NCBI GenBank assembly: GCA_002269645.1
Contig: NIVC01004832.1
Location: 1 to 33,938 of the forward strand
DNA from: Macrostomum lignano
Taxonomy: Eukaryota
Direction of reading: 5' to 3'
DNA length: 33,938 bases
Part shown: positions 1-10,739 of the stretch, piece after piece
How positions within the stretch are numbered: position 1 is the stretch's first letter
Layout: every line of letters begins with the position of its first letter
The notes under the pieces: generated by a model
Databases searched by the model: none
What the model was told of the DNA's origin: nothing
The model's input: only the letters and a program-made list of their open reading frames with translations
Made by a program: the position numbers and the translations under genes

Positions 1-300
1 CAGTCACATTAATTTGGGGCCAAATTGGAATCTCGGCTTGGCTCTGCTTGTGAAATTAACGCCATTGAGGGCCAACCCCAAAGCACACTGAAGTGTACAT
101 GCCTAACGATAAATAAAGTTAGGGCCGCTGTACACTCCTGTGTGAGTGTGTGCCTGCGCGTATGACTGCGTACGTATCCGCGCGCTTGTGTGCCTGCTCA
201 GGGGAGTTGGCGGAATGTGCAGCAATGCCTCTTGCCGGTTGTGTGACAATGTCGCATAAAGTGCACCAGGGTGCACACAGCCCCTGCCTCCAATTAAAAA
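1..300 (+). mobile_element. tRNA-derived SINE family A, body and 3' end (head lies off the window edge), inside the HERC intron
   Basis: Colinear and highly similar to the full-length copy at 12050-12410 (CAGTCACATTAATTTGGGGC...CCTAACGATAAATAAAGT...CAGGGTGCACAC...A-tail). Confidence 0.85.
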
Positions 301-362
301 ATTTTCCGAGACTTCATAAGCGCGAGCTCGTTATACTTATCGCCACTAAAGTAGGGACTCAC

Positions 363-3300
363 CTGCACCGGCACGCGTCGCTTCCCGTGAGGAAGCGCAA
401 GAAGCGCCGCTTATTATCCTCGTCCAGATCCTGGTGAAACACCGACCAGAAGTTGGCGATGAGCTGCTGGTAATCCGGGCTGGGGTTCAACGTAGATGGC
501 CCCCTGCTCCAGCTGGTCCCAGTCGAAGCAGCCGCTCTCGCCATTGATGATCGCCTGCAGCTCCTGCGGCTCCAGCAGCGGCAGCACCGGGCTGCCGCAG
601 GCGCGCTCGAATCCTGCCTGAAAAGCATCGAAGGCGTCGCGACAGCTGCGGTTCAGCACGAAGTCCACATAGGCGGACACGTAGGACTCTCGGTTGCCAA
701 GGGTGACGCGGTCCTCCGGACTAGCCGACAGCGGCACGCGCTGCACGTGGTCGAACATTTTGGTCTCGATCTCGAAGTTCAACTCGAGTTCTTCCACTGA
801 GTTCGCCGTCTCCGCATCAAGCAGCGACTGCAGGCTGTTCCCCACGGTCGGGTCGAGCTCTTTGAGGTCGTCAAGAGCAACCGGCTGTCGCAGAAGCTTC
901 TAAGAGAGCCATCGGGAACGGCACAGCGGCCAGGATGCTGTTGTAGATTGCCAGGCCCAGCAGTGTTCCGATGAGGCTGAAGTTCTCGGGGCACTCCAGC
1001 GTGCTGTGGTTGAACCAGACAAGATTCGAGTCAAAGCAAGTGAACATGCCGTACACGGGGTCAAGGATCTGGCGAAAGATCAACAGAAAGAATTCTTTTG
1101 TTAGGCCACCCTCGTCAACGGCTTCTTCGCCCTTGAAGGTGATCCGAAGCGGCTTCTTCAGCTCGGCCGGGTGGCAGCTGCTGAGGCTGACTACTGCATC
1201 CTGGATCAAGGCCTGCCGCGCCACCCGCAGCACTAGGAAGGGGCTACGCATGTCAAAGATTGCGCCGAACGTAAAACCCTGAAATAGGTTAAACATCATC
1301 GCCTCGCGAAAGGCCTGCTCCATCTGCATCCGAGCGTCAACCTTCAGCAGCTCCATCTTGGCGTGACCGTCGAACACGAATGGATATTTGAGAAAGCTAA
1401 ACTGGTTCCGGTTTTCCGTCCAGGCGCGGTAGTCCTTCTCCAGGGGCACCCGGTCGCGGATTTCCGCGAGGTGAAACGAAGATGCGGGCAGGCGATCGCG
1501 TCGGTCACTGTTGAGGGCGTGCAATCGCTTCAGAAAGTCCAGGCACGGTCGGAGACGCCGGATCCGCTGCTCGTCTGCGTCGACTTTTGCAGCCTCATTT
1601 GCCTCACCATTGGCGTCGCAGTCGCTGGACACGAGCAGGTGCTGAGCAGCCCGGATCAGGCAGCGCACCAGGCGGGCAAAGTGGCGAAGCCGGAGCTCCA
1701 TGATCCAACTCAGCAGGACAGTCATCAGAGGTCGCGGTAGCCGGAGCACCAGCTCTGCCAAAGCCGGCTGCAGCGGTCCCGGTGACTCGAACTCCGGACT
1801 GAGCGGCAGAAGCAGCAACAGACGAAGGCATTCGGCGTCTGCCAGGTGGGCTTCTTCGCGTTCTGTCAAGTCCGTTAGAAGCTCGGTCTGCGCCGCCAGC
1901 AGCTCCTGGCGTCTCTCCGGGTTACTGACCGCAGCTGCGCCCAGCCGTTTCTGCAGAAACTCGGCCGCTGCGTCGAGGTCGAGGCCATGCCAGCCCGGCC
2001 GAGGATTCTCGTGTTCAATATCGGGGAGCAGGAAGGCGCGGGCGTAGGCAGCGGGACACGCGGCGATGGCCAAACAGCCCGGCCAGTCGCCGTCGGATCG
2101 CACGAGTCGAGCGACAAAAGGCCCTCCGGGATGGATAACTTTGCGGCCATCGGAGGCCCGCCGACTCGTAAGAATGCACGCCCACCGCCAGCGGAAACAT
2201 CAACGTCACCTGCACCGCCTGGGCCCAGGGTCAACGGCCAGGGTTTATTGCGGACGCTAGCTGAGGGACCAACAGTACCAAATGCGTAAACCCGGCCTCC
2301 TTGACAGCTGGCGTACGTGACTGAGGTGCCGCAGTCGGCGGTTACCACCCGAGAGCCCATCAGCTCCGCAACCTGTCGCGGTAGCGACTCGCTGGAGTTG
2401 CTTCCGTGGCCCAGCTGCCCGAGGTCGCCGGCGCCAAATGTAAAGAGGCCGCCATCAGCAGTGACGGCAGCGGTGTGCTCGTGCCCGCAGGCAATCCGAC
2501 GCACCCGTCGGTTGCGCAGGGCGGAGCACTCGACTGGTAGCGGCCGGCTAGCATTTCCGTCCTCGGTGCCGCATCCGAGCTGGCCGCGGTCATTGGAGCC
2601 CCAGGCCAGAAGGACAGCGCTGTGCGACAATACAAAGCTGTGCCGCCCACCGCAAGCGATCTGGCGGACTGGCAGACCGCCAAGGCGGCGCACTGGCGCC
2701 AGTCCGGAGCCGGTCTGACAGTGGCCGCGGCCCAGCTGGCCATGCGAGTTGTCGCCGAACGCAAATACCTGGTGGTCTGCGGTGAGCACCAAGCTGTGGC
2801 CGCCTCCAGCAGCCACCAAAACCGCCCGGTGACCCATCAGGGGGGTCACCGGCCCTACTCTGAGCGAGCCACCGCCGCCTGACCCATCGTCCGCTCTGGG
2901 GCCCAGTTGGCCGCAGGAGTTGCTGCCCCACGCTAAGACCTGGCCTTCCGAAGTCAGCGCCAGCGAGTGCCGTCCACCGGCCTCCAGCTGCGTCACTCGA
3001 CTCGACGTTGCCAGCGACTTGGCGAGACCCGGCACTGGCGCGAACTCTTCGTCCTCGCCGTCGCCACTGCGGGACAGTGCGCTGCCGTCAGATGTCAAGA
3101 GCAGACAGTGACTGTCACCAGCTGCCACTGTGAGAACAGCAGCCGCCAATGTCGGTTTCAGGGCCACTTCGGTTGGCAGAGCCTGCCACGAGGTACGCGA
3201 GTCGTTAGCCGGGGACTTGGAGAGCGGCTCGCCAACCATCAGAAGCTTCGGTGTAGAATGCTGAGGTTCGCTTGTCCTGATGCTCTGCTTGGGAGCTGGC

Positions 3301-3431
3301 GGTTTTTTCCGGGTTGGCTGCTGATCAGAGAGTTTGCCACCACTCTGCTGCGTTGACTTTGGCAGTAGTTTCCGCGAATCAGTTTGCTGTAGCAGTGGCT
3401 GCTTCGGGCGAGCCTTCTCGGCGCTGTCCAT
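363..3431 (-). CDS. HERC4: Small HERC E3 ubiquitin ligase (HERC3/4-like): low-complexity N-terminus, RCC1 repeats, middle helical region, HECT domain. One ~3 kb exon; final exon is off-window. Four apparent single-base frameshifts.
   Basis: RCC1 motifs (VAAGGGHSLVLT, IACGHEHTAAVTADGGLFTFGAGDLGQLGHG). HECT motifs (LKKPLRITFKGEEAVDEGGLTKEFF, LLGLAIYN, LDDLKELDPTVGNSLQSLL, RFLRFLTGSD-R-VP). Frames join after 1-nt shifts near 2100, 900, 482-485 and 378. GTGAG donor at 362-358. Symbol is family-level only. Confidence 0.88.
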
Positions 3432-4169
3432 AGCTTGGATGTTGGATGCACTTATAAAATCACCGCGACCCGACGGCGGTCTTTCCAGCTTGTCCCCCTG
3501 TCGATTCAGGTAAGCCCTACTCAGGCTCTAGCTTGTGTTAGCATAAAAAACTTTTCTCGCTTTATACTGTGGACTGGCTGTGAAGCTGTACGAGTCGTTA
3601 TAGCAGCCATTTTTGTTGAACGGCTCTCTGTACTCTCAGGCAGCGCGCGCCGCTCAACTCTGCCCTCGGGCGCCCATCCCCCTTCCCCGTGCAGCCCCAC
3701 CCCAACCCCCGATAGCCCGGCGCACGGGGCGAGAATTTCATAACCGCGCGCGCTCCCCGACGTTGCCCGGACAGACACACTCACCTAAAACTATGCTGTA
3801 GACAAAGTACACGCTAGATAAAGATAGTAAGCACTGACTTCTGCGCGCAGTTACTACCCCATTACTTGCCACCAAGCAAGTACACGAACTCAACTGCAGG
3901 ACAGGGAGGTTGCAATTTTCCAAGACCTCCTGCACCCAATTCCTCTGCCTTTTCATGCCATCAAGGACGCTTGACTACAAATCTGTTCCGAGAGGTAATG
4001 CGCTTCTAACTAACAGGCCTGCTCAAGAAACAAGCTTAACATTCTCACGTAGATGCAATAAGCAAACTGCAGGTACTGTAAATGCATGTACGTGCGTTTC
4101 AAACTCCTAAGGCATAAATATGATGCAGTACAGATTCATCGAGTACATACACGTACGACTGTTCAGTGA

Positions 4170-4238
4170 GCTAATGCTGGCACCCATTTTACAGCTGGGT
4201 GAACTGTAGCAATGCAGAGTTAAATGTCTTGCTCAGGA
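4170..4238 (-). mobile_element. CORE-SINE (family B) central-domain fragment
   Basis: Reverse complement (TCCTGAGCAAGACATTTAACTCTGCATTGCTACAGTTCACCCAGCTGTAAAATGGGTGCCAGCATTAG) matches the middle of the full copy at 19637-19883. Confidence 0.8.
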
Positions 4239-4719
4239 ATTTTTTTAAACCTGACTACTCGTAGTAGCAATAAACAAATTAAAAAAAAACTCGCATCGTT
4301 GCGAAACAGTTGCAGAAAATTTATTCAAAACGACCAAGTCTACAGGACTAACGCCTTTCTTTGGTTAATATTAACTTATTTTATTAAGGAATAAAAACTG
4401 GACCGACACTACTACTAGAAGCCAAGAGAAGTGAGTAGCAGCGACTGCATTTTTACAGAAAAATTAGATATGCGTCTTTTCAACAGCTGGTGCAGTCAAA
4501 AAGACGAGATCAATTTGCAATTACGGTAAAGTCCATCGCAAGACCTACCGAGTGCTTGCTAGACCGGGGGTCACAGCCTCAGTACGGTCACCCGCCCGCA
4601 TCTTTAGTTCAGTCTGGAGTTCGAACTGCAGCGATTGTGCATGGTCTACAATAATATTGCACAACAGTAAAAAAACACGTGTGTTGAAAAACGGAGCAGA
4701 GACACTTCAGAGCCTCCGA

Positions 4720-4781
4720 CTACTCAATCAGCTTGGACTTCAGGAAGTCAACGAAGTCGTCAATAAGCGACGGCCAGGCGC
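4720..4781 (-). CDS. DCUN1D1: DCN1-like protein, exon 4 (G-AWPSLIDDFVDFLKSKLIE*)
   Basis: TTTCAG acceptor, phase 1 matches exon 3. AWPxLIDDFV is the conserved DCN1 PONY-domain C-terminus. TAG at 4722-4720. Confidence 0.92.
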
Positions 4782-4925
4782 CTGAAATGTCGGATTGCAG
4801 AAATGTACTTTTATTTATCTGCGCTTTTGCCTGTACCACAGGTACTAGAATAACTAGATGGGGCACTCGGCGCATTTGCGACCCCCCCGTCCTTGGACTG
4901 AAGAGCCGTACGCAGCCTTCAGATA

Positions 4926-4978
4926 CACATCTGCCCAGTGGGGCAGGTGTAATCAATAATAATAATAAACATTGTGCC
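4926..4978 (+). mobile_element. CORE-SINE family B 3' tail fragment in DCN1 intron 3
   Basis: CACATCTGCCCAGTGGGGCAGGTGTAATCAAT(AAT)n matches the 3' end of the copy at 19637-19883. Confidence 0.7.
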
Positions 4979-5004
4979 ACATTGCTCAATAGCCCGCAGC
5001 CTAC

Positions 5005-5187
5005 CATTGGGATCATAGTCGGCCAGGTTGTCCGGGTTGCTCACAAAGTCGAAAAATAAATTCCAGGTGTCGCGAGAGACTCCGCGCACCTTGGCCTCGC
5101 GCAGGAAACGAAACCAGGACTCGAGCAGCTGACCGAACGGCCCGCCATTCAGCAGCAGGTTCCAGTAGGGGATGGCAGTCTCCACAG
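5005..5187 (-). CDS. DCUN1D1: DCN1-like protein, exon 3
   Basis: CCGCAG acceptor and GTAGG donor, phase 1/1. Encodes VETAIPYWNLLL...SRDTWNLFFDF...DYDPNG, matching the DCN1 AIAYWNLVL/KDTWNLLLDF/YDEEG motifs. Confidence 0.92.
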
Positions 5188-5244
5188 CTGCGGGGTGGCG
5201 AATTCGTCAGATGAAACTACTAACAGTAGAATAAAATCGGCGAA

Positions 5245-5775
5245 TCGGTGAGTGGGGATAGGGATAGGGATCCGGGAGTCGGGATTTCGGAAGTCAGGAT
5301 AAGGACTCGGGGGTCGGGATAGGGATCTCGGTAGTCGGGATAGGGATTTCGAGAGTCGGGACCTCGGGAGTCGGGACCTAGGGAGTCGGGACCTCGGGAT
5401 TCGGGATCTCATAAGTCGATATCCGGATCGGGACCTTTGGAAGTCGGGATCTCCGGAGTTTGGGATCTCCGGAGTCGGGATCGGGATCTAGGGAGTCGGG
5501 ATAGGGATTTCGAGAGTCGGGACCCCGGGAGTCGGGTCGATATCCGGATCGGGACCTTTGGAAGTCGGGATCTCCAGAGTCGGGATCTCCAGATTCGGGA
5601 TCGGGACCTCGGGAGTCAGGATCTGGATCTCAGGAGTCGGGATCGGGATTTTGGGAGTCGGGATCGGGATCTCGAGAGTCGGAATCGGGACCTCGGGAGT
5701 CGGGGTCACAAAACTCGGGATAGGGACCTGGAGTCGGGATCGGGATCTCGAGAGTCGGGATCTCGGGAGTTGGGA
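5245..5775 (+). repeat. Degenerate 6-7 bp G-rich tandem repeat (TCGGGA[G/T]-type) filling DCN1 intron 2
   Basis: Recurring GAGTCGGGAT/CTCGGGA units, with a longer internal duplication (GATATCCGGATCGGGACCTTTGGAAGTCGGGATCTCC near 5420 and 5540). Confidence 0.9.
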
Positions 5776-5813
5776 TTGGTTTATCAAAGATCCGAATTTC
5801 GTCGCAGACTTAC

Positions 5814-6114
5814 GCAGCACTTTGGAGTCCCGCGACTCCCTAGCGAAGTCAAACGTGAAGGCGTGCAGGTCGCGCAGCTGCCCGACGTCCTGGGCCAGAG
5901 CCCGCTCGGTCTGGGCCAGCCGGGAGCGCAGCTTGTCGAGGCTGTCGGCGCCCAGACGGCCGAGGCCGGTGACGAATTCGGCTCTGGAGAACTCGCCCTG
6001 AACACCGGCCTGCAGCTTCCAGGCCAGCACGAGGGCGGTGAGGGACACCGGGTCGATGCGCAGATCGTCTAACAGGCGACAAACTCCGGTAGGGTTGATG
6101 CGGTCGGGGTCATC
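5814..6114 (-). CDS. DCUN1D1: DCN1-like protein, exon 2
   Basis: TCTCAG acceptor and GTAAGT donor. Encodes DDPDRINPTGVCRLLDDLRIDP...LAWKLQA...GEFSRAEF...FTFDFAR, the DCN1 EF-hand-like/PONY region. Confidence 0.93.
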
Positions 6115-6234
6115 CTGAGAGTAAAGGCAGCGGTGCACAATACTGCTCATAAGCCTTGGTATACGGTTCGGGAACCTTAGTTGAATTTGGCGTTCCCAGG
6201 CAAACCGCCTTTGAGAGTCATTCACAGAACATGT

Positions 6235-6342
6235 GGGCTGTCGTGCGATTCACAGCCATGAAGGCCAGTTCCAAAGGCACAGAGAGTCAGGACCGCTGTA
6301 CACCCTGTGTGAGCGTGTGAGTGCGTGCCTGCGTACAGTATA
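6235..6342 (+). mobile_element. Diverged SINE family A fragment leading directly into the 50-bp array
   Basis: GCCATGAAGGCCAGTTCCAAAGGCACAG and GTCAGGACCGCTGTACACCCTGTGTGAG align to the SINE A body (GCCTTGAGAGCCAACCCTCCCAAGGCACAG...GTCAGGGCCGCTGTACACTCCTATGTGAG). Confidence 0.7.
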
Positions 6343-8927
6343 GGCTCAGAAGTCAGTGGAATGGGCAGAATTGCCTCAGCGCTGGTTGTGTTGGCTCAGA
6401 AGTCAGTGGAATGGGCAGAATTGCCTCAGCGCTGGTTGTGTTGGCTCAGAAGTCAGTGGAATGGGCAGAATTGCCTCAGCGCTGGTTGTGTTGGCTCAGA
6501 AGTCAGTGGAATGGGCAGAATTGCCTCAGCGCTGGTTGTGTTGGCTCAGAAGTCAGTGGAATGGGCAGAATTGCCTCAGCGCTGGTTGTGTTGGCTCAGA
6601 AGTCAGTGGAATGGGCAGAATTGCCTCAGCGCTGGTTGTGTTGGCTCAGAAGTCAGTGGAATGGGCAGAATTGCCTCAGCGCTGGTTGTGTTGGCTCAGA
6701 AGTCAGTGGAATGGGCAGAATTGCCTCAGCGCTGGTTGTGTTGGCTCAGGAGTCAGTGGAATGGGCAGAATTGCCTCAGCGCTGGTTGTGTTGGCTCAGA
6801 AGTCAGTGGAATGGGCAGAATTGCCTCAGCGCTGGTTGTGTTGGCTCAGAAGTCAGTGGAATGGGCAGAATTGCCTCAGCGCTGGTTGTGTTGGCTCAGA
6901 AGTCAGTGGAATGGGCAGAATTGCCTCAGCGCTGGTTGTGTTGGCTCAGGAGTCAGTGGAATGGGCAGAATTGCCTCAGCGCTGGTTGTGTTGGCTCAGA
7001 AGTCAGTGGAATGGGCAGAATTGCCTCAGCGCTGGTTGTGTTGGCTCAGAAGTCAGTGGAATGGGCAGAATTGCCTCAGCGCTGGTTGTGTTGGCTCAGA
7101 AGTCAGTGGAATGGGCAGAATTGCCTCAGCGCTGGTTGTGTTGGCTCAGAAGTCAGTGGAATGGGCAGAATTGCCTCAGCGCTGGTTGTGTTGGCTCAGA
7201 AGTCAGTGGAATGGGCAGAATTGCCTCAGCGCTGGTTGTGTTGGCTCAGAAGTCAGTGGAATGGGCAGAATTGCCTCAGCGCTGGTTGTGTTGGCTCAGA
7301 AGTCAGTGGAATGGGCAGAATTGCCTCAGCGCTGGTTGTGTTGGCTCAGAAGTCAGTGAAATGGGCAGAATTGCCTCAGCGCTGGTTGTGTTGGCTCAGA
7401 AGTCAGTGGAATGGGCAGAATTGCCTCAGCGCTGGTTGTGTTGGCTCAGGAGTCAGTGGAATGGGCAGAATTGCCTCAGCGCTGGTTGTGTTGGCTCAGA
7501 AGTCAGTGGAATGGGCAGAATTGCCTCAGCGCTGGTTGTGTTGGCTCAGAAGTCAGTGAAATGGGCAGAATTGCCTCAGCGCTGGTTGTGTTGGCTCAGG
7601 AGTCAGTGGAATGGGCAGAATTGCCTCAGCGCTGGTTGTGTTGGCTCAGAAGTCAGTGGAATGGGCAGAATTGCCTCAGCGCTGGTTGTGTTGGCTCAGG
7701 AGTCAGTGGAATGGGCAGAATTGCCTCAGCGCTGGTTGTGTTGGCTCAGAAGTCAGTGGAATGGGCAGAATTGCCTCAGCGCTGGTTGTGTTGGCTCAGA
7801 AGTCAGTGGAATGGGCAGAATTGCCTCAGCGCTGGTTGTGTTGGCTCAGAAGTCAGTGGAATGGGCAGAATTGCCTCAGCGCTGGTTGTGTTGGCTCAGG
7901 AGTCAGTGGAATGGGCAGAATTGCCTCAGCGCTGGTTGTGTTGGCTCAGAAGTCAGTGGAATGGGCAGAATTGCCTCAGCGCTGGTTGTGTTGGCTCAGA
8001 AGTCAGTGGAATGGGCAGAATTGCCTCAGCGCTGGTTGTGTTGGCTCAGAAGTCAGTGGAATGGGCAGAATTGCCTCAGCGCTGGTTGTGTTGGCTCAGG
8101 AGTCAGTGGAATGGGCAGAATTGCCTCAGCGCTGGTTGTGTTGGCTCAGAAGTCAGTGAAATGGGCAGAATTGCCTCAGCGCTGGTTGTGTTGGCTCAGG
8201 AGTCAGTGGAATGGGCAGAATTGCCTCAGCGCTGGTTGTGTTGGCTCAGAAGTCAGTGGAATGGGCAGAATTGCCTCAGCGCTGGTTGTGTTGGCTCAGA
8301 AGTCAGTGGAATGGGCAGAATTGCCTCACGCTGGTTGTGTTGGCTCAGAAGTCAGTGGAATGGGCAGAATTGCCTCAGCGCTGGTTGTGTTGGCTCAGAA
8401 GTCAGTGGAATGGGCAGAATTGCCTCAGCGCTGGTTGTGTTGGCTCAGAAGTCAGTGGAATGGGCAGAAATGCCTCAGCGCTGGTTGTGTTGGCTCAGGA
8501 GTCAGTGGAATGGGCAGAATTGCCTCAGCGCTGGTTGTGTTGGCTCAGGAGTCAGTGGAATGGGCAGAATTGCCTCAGCGCTGGTTGTGTTGGCTCAGAA
8601 GTCAGTGGAATGGGCAGAATTGCCTCAGCGCTGGTTGTGTTGGCTCAGAAGTCAGTGGAATGGGCAGAATTGCCTCACGCTGGTTGTGTTGGCTCAGAAG
8701 TCAGTGGAATGGGCAGAATTGCCTCAGCGCTGGTTGTGTTGGCTCAGAAGTCAGTGGAATGGGCAGAATTGCCTCAGCGCTGGTTGTGTTGGCTCAGGAG
8801 TCAGTGGAATGGGCAGAATTGCCTCAGCGCTGGTTGTGTTGGCTCAGGAGTCAGTGGAATGGGCAGAATTGCCTCAGCGCTGGTTGTGTTGGCTCAGAAG
8901 TCAGTGGAATGGGCAGAATTGCCTCAG
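6343..8927 (+). repeat. Highly homogeneous 50-bp tandem array (~52 copies) in DCN1 intron 1
   Basis: Unit GGCTCAGAAGTCAGTGGAATGGGCAGAATTGCCTCAGCGCTGGTTGTGTT with only sporadic single-base variants and no spacers. Confidence 0.98.
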
Positions 8928-8979
8928 AAGGCGTTGCGTCAGGGCGGCCGCACCTATCCAGCAATTAGTAATATTATTA

Positions 8980-9644
8980 CGAGGGGTGTCCCCGAAAAGT
9001 TCTGACACTTTTAATTCCAGAGCAAAAACAGTCGCAACTGCAAGCACAACTTTGGTGTCATTTTAAAGCGGCACATCTCTGCTTTCCACTGAATTAAGTC
9101 GCGTGTATTTTGGTCATTTCATTCAAAAGTTACGTGTCTTAGAGTAAAAGTTAAAAAATATAAAAGTCGATTTTTTGTGTTCAAAGAAACGAATTGTAGT
9201 CATTCATCATTATCATCCTTCAAGGCAGCCTTGTCAACGTAGTCTCCACCTGTAGCAACACACTTTTCACATCGCTTGAGCATTCCGTGCCTTCGGCCTT
9301 TCAAATGCACACTCATGATGGTGTCAAAAATCACAAAAATCAAAACACTTGACCTTTGCAAGGTGCAAAACAGTGAGATTTGCTTACAAGTGACGGAGTG
9401 TATAAAATACTCAACACAGAAATGGTGGACGGTAAGAGAGGGATGCACTGTAAATTAGAGCCGTTTTGTGTACGCTCGTAAACGATTGTACTTGCGTGCT
9501 GCAAACAAGATCCATAAAAAGCTATGTACTTCACCTTTTACTCCTGTAAGACTATCTGCAGCATTTTGATGGTTTTTCACACACAATTTTTGAATGAAAT
9601 GACCAATATACACGCGACTTAATTCATGACATGGGCACCCCTAG
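8980..9644 (-). mobile_element. Non-autonomous Tc1/mariner deletion derivative
   Basis: TA on both sides. Termini are CGAGGGGTGTCCC and (reverse complement) CTAGGGGTGCCC. A ~38-bp inner inverted repeat lies at ~9090-9128/9588-9626. The minus strand at 9230-9274 encodes RCEKCVATGGDYVDK, resembling the mariner transposase C-terminus (RWxKCVxxxGDYVEK). Confidence 0.8.
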
Positions 9645-9864
9645 TATATTATCTTTAATGTATTATTCTATTCTTTTTCATTTATATGATCCTACTGCTC
9701 AACTTCCCTCAACCGAATGCATTCAACGACACCACAGTGATCGCTAGCCAATGGCAGGCCTCCCGCACCTGACTAACAACATCACCCCCAATTAGGCAGC
9801 TTCTGAGTCCTGGTTCTCAGGGCGGGAGGGATTAAGATCGCTACGTCCCGTGGTTGAGTCTCAC

Positions 9865-10080
9865 CTGAGACCGGTAGGAGTTGAACAGCGCGGCCACCTT
9901 TCTGGTGTCAACAGACAGCCGCTCGTCATATTTGGCGGGGCTGCTGTAATAATCGTCCACTGCTGCATCCAGGCGCCAGGCATTCTGGCTGAGGCACTGC
10001 AGCGCCACCGGCTCCTGCGCCTCTGTGCACTGCACGAACCGCTGCACGAGCTCACGCTGTTCTCGCCGTAGTCGGTTCAT
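9865..10080 (-). CDS. DCUN1D1: DCN1-like protein, exon 1 (UBA-like domain); the four exons join to ~253 aa
   Basis: MNRLRREQRELVQRF...CLSQNAWRLDAAVDDYY parallels DCUN1D1/2 MNKLK...CLSQNDWKLDVATDNFF. GTGAGA donor, phase 0 compatible with exon 2. Confidence 0.92.
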
Positions 10081-10739
10081 GCGCCAGATTGCACCGGATG
10101 TCAACTAATCTAGCTTTTGTTTTTGTTTGTAAAAGTACATTTCAATAACAACTAGCTAATTACTTTCTTTGTTGTCGATCAATTTTAAAGACTAGGGCAT
10201 AAAATAGTTCTAAATGCTAGTTATATTAGTTAAATTGTTTAAAACACAATTGAGTCACAATTTCATTTTGTGCTCAAGCATATACCTTGCACATGTTTAA
10301 TTTTTGTATAGAACACACATTGACTTTGCACAGTTTTTATTAGAATTCAGGTTGCCATTTACCACAAGTGCCCAAAAATTGAGGTGAATTTTTTTCAAGT
10401 TAAATGTAGCATTAAAACAAATTTTGCAAACCGAACTTATGTTAAAAGTGCAAAGCAAAATTAAAGGCTAACAAACTATGATATTATTCCTTTTTTATCT
10501 ATCAAAGAATATAATCAAAATGCATGCTAAAACTTTAATGTTTCTCTTCATATATAATTTGCAATAGATTAAACTAATAGATTGGCTCAACCAATTTCTA
10601 CCAAACTTACATTGTTAGTTAGAGATTTATTTGAATTTTGTTTTTTGGCCATGAGAATGCTTATTGCTAAGGGAGATTAACCATTCAATGCTAAAGATGA
10701 TCTATTCTATACTACAAGCAAATTTTAATATCTCTCCTA

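Noticed and set aside
150-3356. Many + strand and alternate-frame ORFs over the HERC gene
   Set aside because: Shadow ORFs of GC-rich coding sequence, with no recognisable domains.
5149-6225. Arg/Ser- or Pro/Ile-rich repeat proteins, including the EIPTP tail on ORF 5488-6225
   Set aside because: These are translations of the intronic microsatellite. A canonical GTAAGT donor at 5813 removes it and restores the DCN1 alignment.
6343-8927. CRISPR array
   Set aside because: Head-to-tail identical units with no unique spacers, no cas genes, and a eukaryotic context.
6321-9066. Long ORFs (up to 870 aa) across the 50-bp array
   Set aside because: They arise because the 50-bp unit lacks stops when cycled through three frames. 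They lie antisense within a DCN1 intron and have no protein features.
6114-9870. 7-bp direct repeat TCTCAGG at both junctions of DCN1 intron 1 as a sign of recent intron gain
   Set aside because: CAG/G is the consensus at both splice sites, leaving only 3 extra matching bases. As I recall, vertebrate DCUN1D1 has an intron at nearly the same position.
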